Origin: Yuukianura sp. NJ FZ-2021
Taxonomy: Eukaryota
Assembly (NCBI GenBank): GCA_046563655.1
Contig: CM102287.1
Coordinates: 3,596,001-3,660,000 of the forward strand
DNA: 64,000 nucleotides
Reading direction: 5' to 3'
The position numbers were made by a program, and so were the translations under genes. Positions 13,465-24,670 of the stretch are shown here, in pieces. Position 1 is the first letter of the stretch, and each line of letters starts with the position of its first letter. The notes beneath the pieces are model-generated. The model had not been told where the DNA came from. It saw nothing but the letters and a program-made list of their open reading frames with translations, and did no database searches.

Positions 13465-16400
13465 GGACCTGTCCGCATAAGCTTAAGAAATAGATGGGAG
13501 CTGGGCCCAATGGAGATTTTACACGAGAAAAAGAAAGAGGGAATTGCGCGCAAAAGGGGTCCGTGGGAGGCGATGGAAGGGACAGTCTGTGCCAACAGGA
13601 CTAACTTTGTTAGTAAAACATGACCGCACAAACCTTACAGAATCCCTTTGAAACTAAACAAAATAATGCTTCTCACTAGTTTTAACCTTAAAATTAAGTA
13701 TTAATAATTGGAGTTCTTTATTAAAGTTAAAAGTTTTAATATAATAATAATATAACAATACTCTATTAATTAACAATAGTAATAATGTAATATTAGCTTT
13801 TAGTACTAAATAATTAACCCTTTAACGCTTAAACAGTTCCTTAGTAACCATTTCTGAATTGTCAAAGTACCAAGTGCGTCTCGAATAATTTCGAACCATT
13901 GCGACGGTTTCTGACTGCTATAGTCTCATCAGTACCGAGCTTCACGGTAGACCGTTGTGCAATGGTCCCTTTCTTTCCGGGGTGAGGTCCCCGCTCCGCA
14001 ATAGACTGGAGTTACTGCTCAAAGGGAAAACCTAGAACAAAACAAAATAATTAATAATAGAACAAAACAAAATAATTAATGAGGAAATACATTAATTCAT
14101 ACCTTTTGAGGCGTCTAGGACATGTTGCCCAATGTCCCTTGCCGGTATTCTCAGCCTTGGCTCATCCCTTGCGTACCCTAAGTACCAAGCTACAGTGGCG
14201 ACGTGGGAACAACAGCCAACTATCCTGGCACCGGCCTTGCATGTACAGTACCAACCCAGGAGAGCGTCAAAACCTTGTCTTCCACCCGTAGGATCGTAGT
14301 TTATGAAGGTTTTGTGGGATTTCCCAGCCACAAATCTACTGCTAAACCTGAACTTAAGGAGGCCGGGTTCAGTTCGGTGCCGAAATACTCCCTCTGCTGG
14401 ATCATCATCTACAAACACAAATACTTTAACGCAACAGCACTAACGGTAATGATTTACTGCCTACCTTCAGGTAGAACACAAGAAATGTACTCCGCTGCCC
14501 TCTTAAGTTGGTACACTCCCACCGTCAACTTCTTCAAGTCCGCTATGTCCAACACAGGAAAATCTCTTAGTTCCTGGTTCAGATCCTCAACACTTTCCCA
14601 GTCAATCCGACTAGTCAGGAAGCCACGATCTTTTAGGCGTTTTTGCAGGAGGTTCTCCATTTCCCGTCTATCCAGGATGAACTGGGCCCACTCTTCATCT
14701 TCAGGTTTATCGGAGTTCAGCACAGGATGAAAAGCGTTGAGAAGTGCACAGGCTATACGTAGCAGGCTCTTTATCTTATCATTCTGGACGTACTGGTTGG
14801 GAATGACGTTACGGAACAGATGATATACATTCTTGAGTCTGCCGTTAACACTCTCAACAACCCAACGGATCTTCGTGACAACCCTCGACTCGTTGGAATC
14901 GATGTCGGTTAGCTGACTGCCTCTGTTTAGAAACTTCGGGGTGACGATCTCATTTCCAAACCCCTCTCCGACGTCGATGCTGTCACGAAAGCCTCGGTCA
15001 CAGACGATGATGTCTCCTTCTTCCAGAAGGGATGGAATGCCCTCTTCAGAATCATACAAAGAGTTGAGGATGGATGCGTCGTTGTTTTTACCATCAGCCA
15101 AGTACATTCCAAACGCTTCAACGATGTAGCCATCCGGCATCACTACCATCATCGCCTTGAGCAAGTTTCGATGTTTCTGTTGGGAGAATGTCCGGCGTTG
15201 GAACTCATGATTTTGGGACGCTTGGATGTAAAAATAAGTCCCGTCCATCACAACCACCAGCTTCTGTTCATCTTCTTGTGCAAGGAGCATACGAGACATT
15301 GTTGTTCCATGTCGATCCATAAGCTCCTGCTTCGTAAGGTGTTGAAATCCCAGATGTTTTGGGACAAACTCTGACTCAAGATGAGCTATGACGGAAGTGA
15401 TGGTGACAGACACACGCTGCTTACACGACATCCCAAACAAGACGGCAAGAAGTTCCAGAGATAACCCGGTTCGAAGGAAACAGAGAAACAATGCCATGGC
15501 ATTCCCCTTGCTCCTGACACTGGTGTTACGCATGTTGGCAAGATACGCCACCAACTCTTGAAACTGGATCTTCGTAACTCCAAGCAGTGTGGTAAACGCG
15601 GTTTCAGACATCCCGGGGTGCTCAAAATCCAAATGCGGTGGCAGATCGGGAACCTTCGGAGGGGATCGTGTTGGAGAGCGAAGAGTTGTTCCTTTGAGCA
15701 AAGACGACGTGAACTCGAACATCTCTTCGATGGTGAGGGAGTGGTTGAGCCACGACGTCTTCAACTCCTGCACTGCCGCCGTGTTGAACTTGGAGCGTTC
15801 GAGATGAGCTACACAAGCCCTGTTGTCGAATGGAACGACCAACTTCTCTTGCAGCCATACATCCACAATTGCTTCTTTCGGAATCCTGACCCTGCAGTCC
15901 ACCCGACAAACACAGCACTTCTTCTGGCTACCTGGCACCTTATGACACGCGAAAGCCATCACGACACAAAAGTTTATGAAATCGCTTAAAAAACTAAGAA
16001 ATTCAGGCATATTAGCATGTCCTCTTGCCAAAGAAAATGCGTGCTTTAAAACTTGTCAGCGTTTCCCGTCGACTGTCGCAGGTTACCATTTTCCTTACGT
16101 TAAACTTCAGTATTTAATTAAAACGGTATATAAAACTTTATTTATTTAAAACATAATGTACGTAAAACTGAATTTAATACGTTGTTTCTTCCGTTATATC
16201 GTTTTATATTTTAAGTCTTAGTTAATTAAAACTTACTTTGAATCGTTATGTGTATATTTTTTTAAAAAACTTTATATCCTATTATTTATATTTTTCATTT
16301 CGTTGTATATTTTATTTATATTAAACTTTATACAGTTACATCGTTATGTTTTCTGCAATGTATGTATATTTCAAACGTTACATATGAATACTTTATATAT

Positions 16401-16931
16401 TGGAAACAAGATACACTTTAACCCTACTTCAACCATGTTAACATCTACCTATCTACTCTCATAATAAGAGCTTCCTTGGGTTGCAGGACGGTTGTCCCGG
16501 AGTGTATTCGCGTAACCAGCTAGGTCGGGTATTTTGACGTCATGCGCGACGACCCGGTGGCTAATCCTAGGTTAGCGTTGCAACCACTCTACCCAAGGGT
16601 TCTAGGTTAATAAAGCGGAAAGCGTAAGCATAAGCAGCATTTTATTTGGCAAGAGCGACATGTTACCCGTTCAAGAGCAAAACTCATAATGAACTAATTT
16701 TTGTAAGAAAAAGAACAAAAAGTCTATCTTCATTCATTGATTGATTTAGTTGCATTCTTTGATAACAGCCATTCATTCATTGAGTGAAATTCCAGAGACC
16801 CACGCGGCGCGCACCTGGCACAAACTGTCCGTTGGGCGGGAGGTTTCTCCGCACCCGTCCACTCTTTCCCTCCAAAAAAACTCTATGTGTTTTTTCCATT
16901 GGGCCCAGAAAGGCCTTATGCGGACAGGTCC
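13465..16931 (-). mobile_element. Autonomous-type DNA transposon of the PIF/Harbinger-ISL2EU-Spy group
   Basis: Perfect 17-bp TIR GGACCTGTCCGCATAAG plus subterminal CTGGGCCCAATGGA inverted repeat; internal DDE transposase; flanks AAA|TTT. Confidence 0.88.
14092..16010 (-). CDS. DDE_Tnp_4-type transposase with N-terminal Cys/His motif, HTH and C-terminal SWIM zinc finger (56-nt intron 14409-14464)
   Basis: VMDGTYF, DASIL, IVCDRGF, RWVVESVNGRLK; exon 2 has WYCTCKAGARIVGCCSH; GT-AG intron joins the two ORFs in frame; start codon uncertain (16010 or 15959). Confidence 0.85.
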
Positions 16932-17065
16932 TTTAAACTCAGTTTAAGGAACTTAAACGGAGTTTAACTTTTAACCGGCGTTGGCTGAACCCAAAAAACT
17001 TAACCGGAGTTTAAATTCCAGTTTAAACTCAGTTTAAATTTAACCTGCAATGGACGAACCGGGCA

Positions 17066-18140
17066 TTAGTCTTCTGGAGGTGCATATCTACGACATGTTG
17101 AAGAAGACTATTGATACGACTTTGTCTGTCAGTCTGTCCGTCCGTCCGTCCGTCCGTAACGTTTTTTAGAACCCTTTGCGCTGGAACATAAGCCCCATCG
17201 CAGTCGGGGGGTTATCTATGGCTCAAATGTTTTAGTGTGTCTACATTGCACTGAAAGTCGTACATTAGCATAGCAGTGGGCGGCTACTTTACGTACCCGC
17301 AGTATCGTGCCTCCGCACAACTGTTCTGGTTTCGATTGCTCTCAAAGTATTTATAAACAACGGAATTTTGATCTGGTCATTTTCTGGCAGTATGTTTTGT
17401 TACGTTGTTAAATTAGTAAGACTGATTGGGTGGAAAATCCGGCTTAAATTCGTAACATGTAAACACTGAATGACAGGGTTCAAATTTCTCTTTCCAAGAA
17501 ATTTTTAACTTTGATTTTACACAAGTGATATTCGACTCTATTACTTATGCACTTGAGTTAACACATGTATGTATTTGAACTGATTTTGATTTTAAAGAAG
17601 CTATATTCGACCGCTGCCTCTCAACTTTCAATTTTGTGCACACTTATAAGTAGATTCACAGAAATGTCGAATTGCGCAGTTATTTTGACGCTGGGTAATG
17701 AACGTTGTTATTTCAAAATTTGTGCATACTGGAGAACAACTGTACAGACATCTTTTAGAATGGTGATTACATCCGAATAATTGTACATTTACATGAACAA
17801 ATTTATGGGGCTGTGGCTGTGGCTGTGGTTGATTACACCCACAACCAGAAATCAACCACGTTCCTTTTACGACAAATCAGCCTAGCCATTCAACGTGGTA
17901 ATTCAGCCTCAATTCTTGGTACTCTACCTCCAGGAAAAAAATCTAGACGATATATTCCACTGTTAATTGCTCAAATTTATGTTTTCAACCTGCCATTGGC
18001 AGGTGCATGTTTATAATTAAATAAAAAAGCACTTTTGTGGAGAAAAAAGAATTTAAGGGCATTCTAATTTTGTGCATACTTGAGAACAATTTAATGCAAA
18101 AATGTTGTGCATGATAAAATTTGAACAGAGTGAAAACCCG
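17066..18140 (+). mobile_element. Helentron/DINE-1-like non-autonomous repeat (homologous to 62868-63860)
   Basis: Begins TTAGTCTTCTGGAG...GAAGAAGACTA (short inverted repeat) followed by a (GTCY)n microsatellite; about 700 bp colinear with the second copy; family call is by architecture only. Confidence 0.55.
17813..18030 (+). mobile_element. 5'-truncated RLE-type (CRE-like) non-LTR retrotransposon fragment
   Basis: FLLRQISLAIQRGNSASILGTLP resembles the conserved C-terminus of these elements; followed by AATAAAAAA. Confidence 0.65.
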
Positions 18141-19358
18141 TCATTCTCTTACCTTGTTCCATGTTTGCTATGATATTTATTAAATTAGTATTTCAATTTT
18201 TTAAATTTTCAGGTTAACCAAATATACAGAGACCCAGCTAAAAAAGTACACCCGTATTTTTCCCCCATAGAAACGAGTTAAAACGTAGGTAAACACGAAG
18301 GGAAAACTAACTCAAATTTTGAAATTTTAGTTAACCATTATGATGGCAACTTCGCACATCACGTTATTTCCCTCGTTTTCCCTCGATAGTTGCGAAATCA
18401 AACAAATTACTGATTTTCGGATGTACTCTGTTAGCTGGGCCTCATATAGGTACCCTGGTAACTGGGTAATATTGCAGTTGCCATAACTTTTTTATAACTT
18501 TTCTTAGTGTTCAAACGTGTGCTGTGGGTGAATAAATATTTTTATAATAGTGCCGGTCGTGTTTCATTAGTCGAAATAGAATTCACACTTCTTGGCCACA
18601 CGAACTGCGGTCTGACAGCGAAGGATCCTGTTGGCATGTCTCGTACGCCTAAATATATTTCCGAATTCTTTGTTAACTCGATCATTTGTTACAGTAAATG
18701 TAAAAATTGCGTATCAAGTATATTTCGAATGGGAAATGTTTTGCGCATGTGGGTAGTGCATTTCCCAACCAGTAGTACCGGTATAATATCTCGCGTTACT
18801 ACCAATTCTTTCTTTAATCGGAGAAATAATTATTTGTTGCAAATAAAGATTATTAAAAAACACTGTGTTATCTTTGTGTTACTAAAATAACCTAACCTTC
18901 TGTTGTACGCTTAAATGGACTTGCTCAATGTTTGATATTTGTTCCTATTCCGTTTATGCTAGGTTAGCTTTTTCTATTCTAAGTCTTTGCCATAAAACAC
19001 AACGCTTTTGAGATGAATAGTTATTCATATACCGCTGCTTCAAATTTTGAATTTAAAAAGAGCCGACTAGAATTTTTTGAACTAGTAATATTTTGAACAA
19101 TTAGAGCAATTAGAATATATGAAACGTTTGAAATATTGTCAAAAGTTGCATTAAATGCTTCAAATGCAATTTTTTTAGATGGGACTTCTCACATTCCAAA
19201 TTTTTGTCTTGTGCTGGTCTGGACACATGAAAATTAAGCTTAGGGTCAGACTAAGACGCGTTAGCGGAGCCTCAGAAATTAGCGCTTTGCGTTAAGCTTG
19301 TAAATACAAGGATTTAGGTTCCGTCTTATATGTACTATTTTTATCCTTTTGTTAGATA

Positions 19359-19463
19359 TTATTTTTTTACCTTATAAAGCGTCTCAAATTTCGCATCTTC
19401 ATAACTGCTGCTGAGGTATGAGGGAATATATTGCCCAATTCCGAACAACTCAAGGTTGATGTA
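19359..19463 (-). pseudogene. Separated 3' end (YINLELFGIGQY...KVKK*) of the host gene at 53719-57193
   Basis: Joins in frame through the TSD with the ORF beyond the 5' LTR (3401 + 100 nt = 1167 codons). Confidence 0.88.
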
Positions 19464-19945
19464 TGTCATCCTCCGACCCGGTCGGCTCCTGGAGAACCTC
19501 CTCGGATGGACAGATGGCAACAGACTCCATGGGTCGTCTACCTCGGTCCCAAGGCTCGGACAGGGACGGATCACTGAAGAGCGCAAGGGTCTCTCGAACC
19601 AACCAGAACTGACCCCAGCTAGGACTCAGACCTCATATGCCGAACTCCATAGACTACATACGACGCCCACAAAGAAAGACTGAGCAAAGACAAAGCGACA
19701 CGAGTTGGTCGAGACGTATAGGTTTATTGGACTCTGAACAGCCTACTCCAGTAACAGGGGCTTAGCCGTACTGATCGCGAGGACGAGAGCTCCAGAGCCG
19801 AAGCTCCGTCGCAGTCGACCTCCAGAACCCAACTCCCCCTCACTCTCCTCCGCGTTGTGCTAGATAAAGAGTGAGCGTGAGCTGGAGATGCCTCGAGGCT
19901 ATCTCCAGGTAGTGTGAGAACTATTGCCCGGCAATAGTGCTCACA
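19464..19945 (-). repeat. 3' LTR (482 bp)
   Basis: Direct repeat of 53237-53718, differing at 19638 T vs 53411 G; minus-strand AATAAA at 19723-19728. Confidence 0.97.
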
Positions 19946-19957
19946 TATACCCCCATC
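19946..19957 (-). promoter_or_regulatory. Short polypurine-tract-like site (GATGGGGGTATA)
   Basis: G-run immediately upstream of the 3' LTR on the element strand. Confidence 0.6.
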
Positions 19958-20638
19958 ACGGCTAAATTCCTGTCAAGGAATTTGAACAATTCTGAGTGAT
20001 AATTGAGAACGTGCTCATTTTCGATCATTTTGACTTTTTGTGTTGGATTTTTGTTCCTTAACCTAGTATCCTACGATTCATTCTGACTTTCAAATATGGA
20101 AATATGAGTACATCCTAATCTAATAAATTCCTAATTGGGAACTTAAGTAGTGTTAACAAAGCTAACATAAAATCGACAATTGCACCTCAAGCAAATAATA
20201 TGAGTTAACGCGAAATTTACACATTAATGTAAAAGAAAGAAGATGGAGAGAGAGAAAAAAAAATTGATTGTAAACACAAGAAACCTTGGTCGTGACGAAA
20301 ATTGAACTTAAGAAAATTAAATAATAAGTAATATGTATTAGAAATTATCACAAAGTTGTGTATGTAACATTAGTTCAAGTAAACTGCAGAGCAGTGTTGT
20401 ACCTGAATTTGTTGGTCCCGTGAAGTAAAGTTAATTAGAGGTACATTAAGACATGACAACTCATTAATAGTATTTGTTTTAGTTTTGTTGTTTGTATCTT
20501 TTTATGATTTTTGAGGAATTTTAACATTTTTGTGTTGGATTTTTGGGGTATTTGTGGTACTTATTTATGAGAAAACTAGGTAACCTAAAATGAATATACA
20601 AGAATGTTATCTATCTAAATGTGAATGTAATTAAGAAG

Positions 20639-21691
20639 TTATTCGGACGGATCACACATGTCGATCATGACACCAAGCAAAGTGGCTGTTGGTGTTGATG
20701 TAAAATAATCTACGTCGGCCAGTTTTTCAAATTCGGTTTCCAGCGGGATATAATCGGACTGTGTCAAAAGGTCAACGTCAGTTCGGTTCGTTGTGACTAG
20801 AAATCGGAAATAACCAATTTTTTGACCGCATGCGTACGGTTTGAACGCTGTGGTAATGGCAATGTCAAGGTGAGGGCATTTGATCAAGTCGGGGGCCATT
20901 AAACAGGATTGGTTGTGGTATGTGTAATGTATACAAGGTGGATCTTCTTGGTAAATTCTATAACGAGATCCCCAAACAATGACCGAAGTCGTTAGGTCAC
21001 AAAATTCTGTTGCGATGTCACAAGGTGCAACAGTTGTGCGATCTTGTATTGCGATGAGGCGTTTGTGATTGACAGTAAGATTGTGTATCCTGATATAATA
21101 GTTAGTCACAGTGTCATATGTTGTGATGGGCCATGAGTACCATGTTTTTGGTTTGTTGATAGTACCAAAAAATGTGTCATTTAGGCGAGTCAACGGTACA
21201 TGTGAAGGGTCTCTATAAGTGCTGGCTAATGTCTGACATTCTCTAACTGACATGGGAATCCACTTGACTTCATAATGGTGATATTGGGGACCAAAAAAGT
21301 AATATGTCTTAAACTCATCAGTTTCGGACTTTAAACATTCAAAGGCTAAATATTGTTTGCCTAATTCAATAGAACTATGTAAATCAGTTTGAATTACAGC
21401 TTGTCGTCCGGCCGCCGAATCGCACTCCACACTGCGATGAAGATTTTTGTAAAGTACTCCGAGAGTCCAGTGTGTAAGTTGATGGGTGTTATTGATGGGA
21501 TATTTTTCGAAGGACAATTGTTCAGATGCGACTGGAGTGTTGGGAAACGTTGTGATGATCCCGTGTAATTTGGCCTCGGTAGTATTAAGGATCGAGACGA
21601 GTTGTCTGTCATTGATCGAAATAATTTCCGGAGTGGTGGCTTGGATGTAGAAAATATAAAGTAAGCAGATAGTTCCAAGTAGAAAAGCCAT
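20639..21691 (-). CDS. Secreted truncated env paralog 3 (fusion-domain region, no TM)
   Basis: Signal peptide MAFLLGTICLLYIFYIQA; WTLG, AFECLK, YYFFG, MSVREC, WYSWP, VTNYY, CDIATEFC, VIVW align with the N-terminal half of env. Confidence 0.8.
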   Translation of the reverse strand: MAFLLGTICLLYIFYIQATTPEIISINDRQLVSILNTTEAKLHGIITTFPNTPVASEQLSFEKYPINNTHQLTHWTLGVLYKNLHRSVECDSAAGRQAVIQTDLHSSIELGKQYLAFECLKSETDEFKTYYFFGPQYHHYEVKWIPMSVRECQTLASTYRDPSHVPLTRLNDTFFGTINKPKTWYSWPITTYDTVTNYYIRIHNLTVNHKRLIAIQDRTTVAPCDIATEFCDLTTSVIVWGSRYRIYQEDPPCIHYTYHNQSCLMAPDLIKCPHLDIAITTAFKPYACGQKIGYFRFLVTTNRTDVDLLTQSDYIPLETEFEKLADVDYFTSTPTATLLGVMIDMCDPSE

Positions 21692-22042
21692 GGCTAAAAT
21701 TAAAGTTAAACACACAAAACAATTACACCATGTAAACTACCTTAACATATTATGATACCAACATTATTCAAGATTATAATGGACGTATTTTTCCTGTTTT
21801 AGTAAATGTTTTGAAAATTTTTATAGTTGAGTTTTAAGTTTGATTGTGAAGTGTATTTTTGTTGAGGTTTTGTTTTTGGTTTCTTTTTCTATCCTATTGC
21901 TGTATTCTATCCACCTAATCCTATCATGAACTAAGTCTTCTACAGATATGAATATTATAATAGCAGTATCTACATGAGTTAACCTATTATGTATCTATAT
22001 GGAATAAAGAAAGTGTATTTGTAAAACCCTTCGAGTGCTCCG

Positions 22043-23503
22043 TTACGGTGTACCGCGATAATCGTTGGGAATGTCCTGGTTCCAGGTAGAACTGCGAGAA
22101 TGGTCGTGGAGTATTTGTAAAAGGCGTAGTATGCGTTGTGCGTTAGTTACGTTTGACTTGGGAGTGGAAAAGAAGTTGTCGAGAGAACCGTTGGACGAAG
22201 ACTGTGGTAAAGACGAGGAAGATGAAGAGTTAATATTTGGATCTTCAATGTCATCCGTAGGGGGAGTGAAAATGAAAGTGGGAGGACGTCCGCCCGACCT
22301 AGTGGACACAAGGCCATCATCAATACCACTGCTTGGCGTACGTTCAAGAATACGGTAGGGATTAATGTTCCAGCGATTCAGTGTCAGACGTTCGGGTAAA
22401 GCAGATTGACCGGGGCTTGGTGAGTGGGGATGGTGTGAGTTAGGTTGAGAGGTGGGTACATACTCCCAATCTTGGTTTTGTTCGTCAGCGCTGTACTGTA
22501 CGGCGCTCGTTCCCTGACTGAGCTCACAAGAACTGATGTGGAGAATCTTAAGAAAGGATTGTTGACCCAATTTCACTGTTTCGTAAAGATGACGGAATCG
22601 CATTTCAATTTGAAATTTAGTCTTGAGATCGATCGTACTCTCATCGGACTCGTCCAAATTTTCATGATCTTCGACTAAACTTCTGGTGAGACCCAACTTG
22701 CTGCCACAATTATTAGATTGTAAGTCATAGTAATCGCTGACTGCTAATCCGAGTGCGGGACAAATCAAACTAGTTGGATTAATGTAACACTCGGAGGCAA
22801 TTCGACGTTTTAAAGTGCAATTGTTGGTTGGTTCTCCTGTGAGTCTCCAGATTATGACGCCGCGTGTGCTGAAACATAAGTTGGATTCGAATGGACAATT
22901 CCTTTGTAGGTCTGTTATATCGTGAGATCGCATATTTCCTGTATATGGATCAAATGATAGATTAACTTCGGACACAAAATAATTAACAATGCGATAACCC
23001 CACGCTTTGATGGCGCGAAATTGTGTATCGTTGGTAACCAGCAAGTTCTTAGTGCCTCGTGTTGTCAAGTTGAGTTGGTACATGGGCCAGCCTTGGGGGT
23101 CATGATTAGTGTTAATCATGTGTGCACATTCATGTGGTTCCACCTCACTGGGTTGAGCTGTAGTCGTAGTAAGGAAAGGGCGAATAGTGTTGGGGGTATG
23201 TATAACCTCTGTGACCTCTTTGATACAATGGAAGCCTTTCAAATCTCTAGAAGGATGTTGTGTGCTGTACCAAGCTGCCGAGACAAGGATGGAATGAGAT
23301 AAAGGAAAGGGACACGATTCTGGCCGAGACTTGAGTACACCTAAAGTCCACACTCTAGGGTTGGAGTCAGGATCCACTTCCAAATGTTCTGAAACGTGCA
23401 GCACATTATTTTCGGGATCAACTTGTAAAGACATGGACTTTCGTTGTGCTAGAGTAAGGGAGTGGAAAAGAGTAACAAACAATAGAGAGTAAAACAGTTC
23501 CAT
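22043..23503 (-). CDS. Secreted truncated env paralog 2 with Ser/Pro-rich tail, no TM
   Basis: Signal MELFYSLLFVTLFHSLTLA; WTLG, KGFHC, VEPHECAHM, IVNYF, CPFESNLC, GVIIW; RFRHLYETVK...SCEL resembles the env central helix. Confidence 0.8.
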   Translation of the reverse strand: MELFYSLLFVTLFHSLTLAQRKSMSLQVDPENNVLHVSEHLEVDPDSNPRVWTLGVLKSRPESCPFPLSHSILVSAAWYSTQHPSRDLKGFHCIKEVTEVIHTPNTIRPFLTTTTAQPSEVEPHECAHMINTNHDPQGWPMYQLNLTTRGTKNLLVTNDTQFRAIKAWGYRIVNYFVSEVNLSFDPYTGNMRSHDITDLQRNCPFESNLCFSTRGVIIWRLTGEPTNNCTLKRRIASECYINPTSLICPALGLAVSDYYDLQSNNCGSKLGLTRSLVEDHENLDESDESTIDLKTKFQIEMRFRHLYETVKLGQQSFLKILHISSCELSQGTSAVQYSADEQNQDWEYVPTSQPNSHHPHSPSPGQSALPERLTLNRWNINPYRILERTPSSGIDDGLVSTRSGGRPPTFIFTPPTDDIEDPNINSSSSSSLPQSSSNGSLDNFFSTPKSNVTNAQRILRLLQILHDHSRSSTWNQDIPNDYRGTP

Positions 23504-23567
23504 GGTTGATGTTTGTTGTTTGACGGTGAAACTAAAACTGGAATGTCGTAGGAAAGTACTGAAGGTT

Positions 23568-24578
23568 TTATCCTTGGCAAAGACCAAGTTGGACTATATG
23601 AAGTTGTACATCGGGGTTGTGGATTAATTGCGTCGTCAATGTGGAAAAGTTTGTGAGTAACGACATGTTCCGGTGGGGATGAGGAGGTAGTGACTCTGTT
23701 TGAGTGGTAATTTTAACAAACTTAGTAGGTTGGTAATCGTCCGGGACGTAGATAGACTGAACAATGTATTGAGATTGTGGGCAATAAATCAAGGTAGAAT
23801 TCACATAACAGAAATTGTCAGTTTTAGGTGAAAAGTTACAGCAGTTAGAAGTTTCGGTATCTACATTGAGAGCCAAATTTTGAAATAAAACTCCTTCTTG
23901 TAACAAACAAGTTGGTTGTCCACGAAAACATTGATGAGATGGATGAGAATGTAAGTGTGGATTAATAATTTGGTTGGTTACCGGGTCGACTTTGAGTGTG
24001 AGTCGCTGTAAATGATAGTTCACAAAAGTGTTTGAATAGGAATTGTCATCCACGGCTTGGAAATGTAATGTGTGAAGTTGGTCGGCAATTTGTAGAAGTT
24101 TAGTTGTTGGGGGTTGAAATGTGGTAAAAATTGGAGATTTAAACGAAAAGTTGGGAATGAATTGAAGATAAATTGGATCCCATTGAAGATATGTTAACGG
24201 GTGGTGAAAACTATCTTTCAAATTGCGAATAACACTAAGGCATGTGTGAGGTGACGTTGTGGAATGGGCATAGGCTGGTAGTTTAGGTGTCGTTAAAGTT
24301 AGGAGTGTGTTGTTTTGCTGCCACGTGATGGTAGACGACGTACAAATATAATCTGCTGTAGGTCGTAACTGTGGTATAGATGACAGTGTTTGTACAGAGA
24401 TAAGTCGAGTGTTGTATGTTTCGATAGAAATGGGATGGGAAAGTTTAACTAATTTACCCAAGGTCCAAGTATTAGCGTCACCGTGATTAGTGGAAGAAAC
24501 TAAAACAAGATTGTGTAGTTCACTAAACCGCAAAAAGAATAAAAGGAAATGTTGGTAAGAAAAAACACTAGAACCCAT
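23568..24578 (-). CDS. Diverged truncated env paralog 1
   Basis: Hydrophobic N-terminus; WTLG, DYIC, SPHTC, FVNYH, VDPVT, CFRGQPTC, CYVNSTLIYCP in the same order as in the other paralogs. Confidence 0.65.
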   Translation of the reverse strand: MGSSVFSYQHFLLFFLRFSELHNLVLVSSTNHGDANTWTLGKLVKLSHPISIETYNTRLISVQTLSSIPQLRPTADYICTSSTITWQQNNTLLTLTTPKLPAYAHSTTSPHTCLSVIRNLKDSFHHPLTYLQWDPIYLQFIPNFSFKSPIFTTFQPPTTKLLQIADQLHTLHFQAVDDNSYSNTFVNYHLQRLTLKVDPVTNQIINPHLHSHPSHQCFRGQPTCLLQEGVLFQNLALNVDTETSNCCNFSPKTDNFCYVNSTLIYCPQSQYIVQSIYVPDDYQPTKFVKITTQTESLPPHPHRNMSLLTNFSTLTTQLIHNPDVQLHIVQLGLCQG

Positions 24579-24670
24579 GTTGAAGTAAAGTCAAAACAGT
24601 AGAATTGTAGAGAGTGAGAGGTGAAAATGATGAAAAAGTGAAGAGAAATATGTAGTTGTTGTGTCGACAA

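Larger units (their letters stand above)
12582..17065. mobile_element. Same TIR element, copy 2, interrupted by a 3467-bp transposon
   Basis: Same TIRs and TTA TSD; colinear with copy 1 once 13465-16931 is removed. Confidence 0.85.

Noticed and set aside
18225..18447. Possible ~220-bp MITE with imperfect TIRs
   Set aside because: TIRs degenerate and TSD ambiguous
19359..19683. Short ORFs overlapping the LTRs (also 53087-53411)
   Set aside because: Incidental frames in GC-rich LTR sequence; only the part below 19464 is meaningful (host gene tail)
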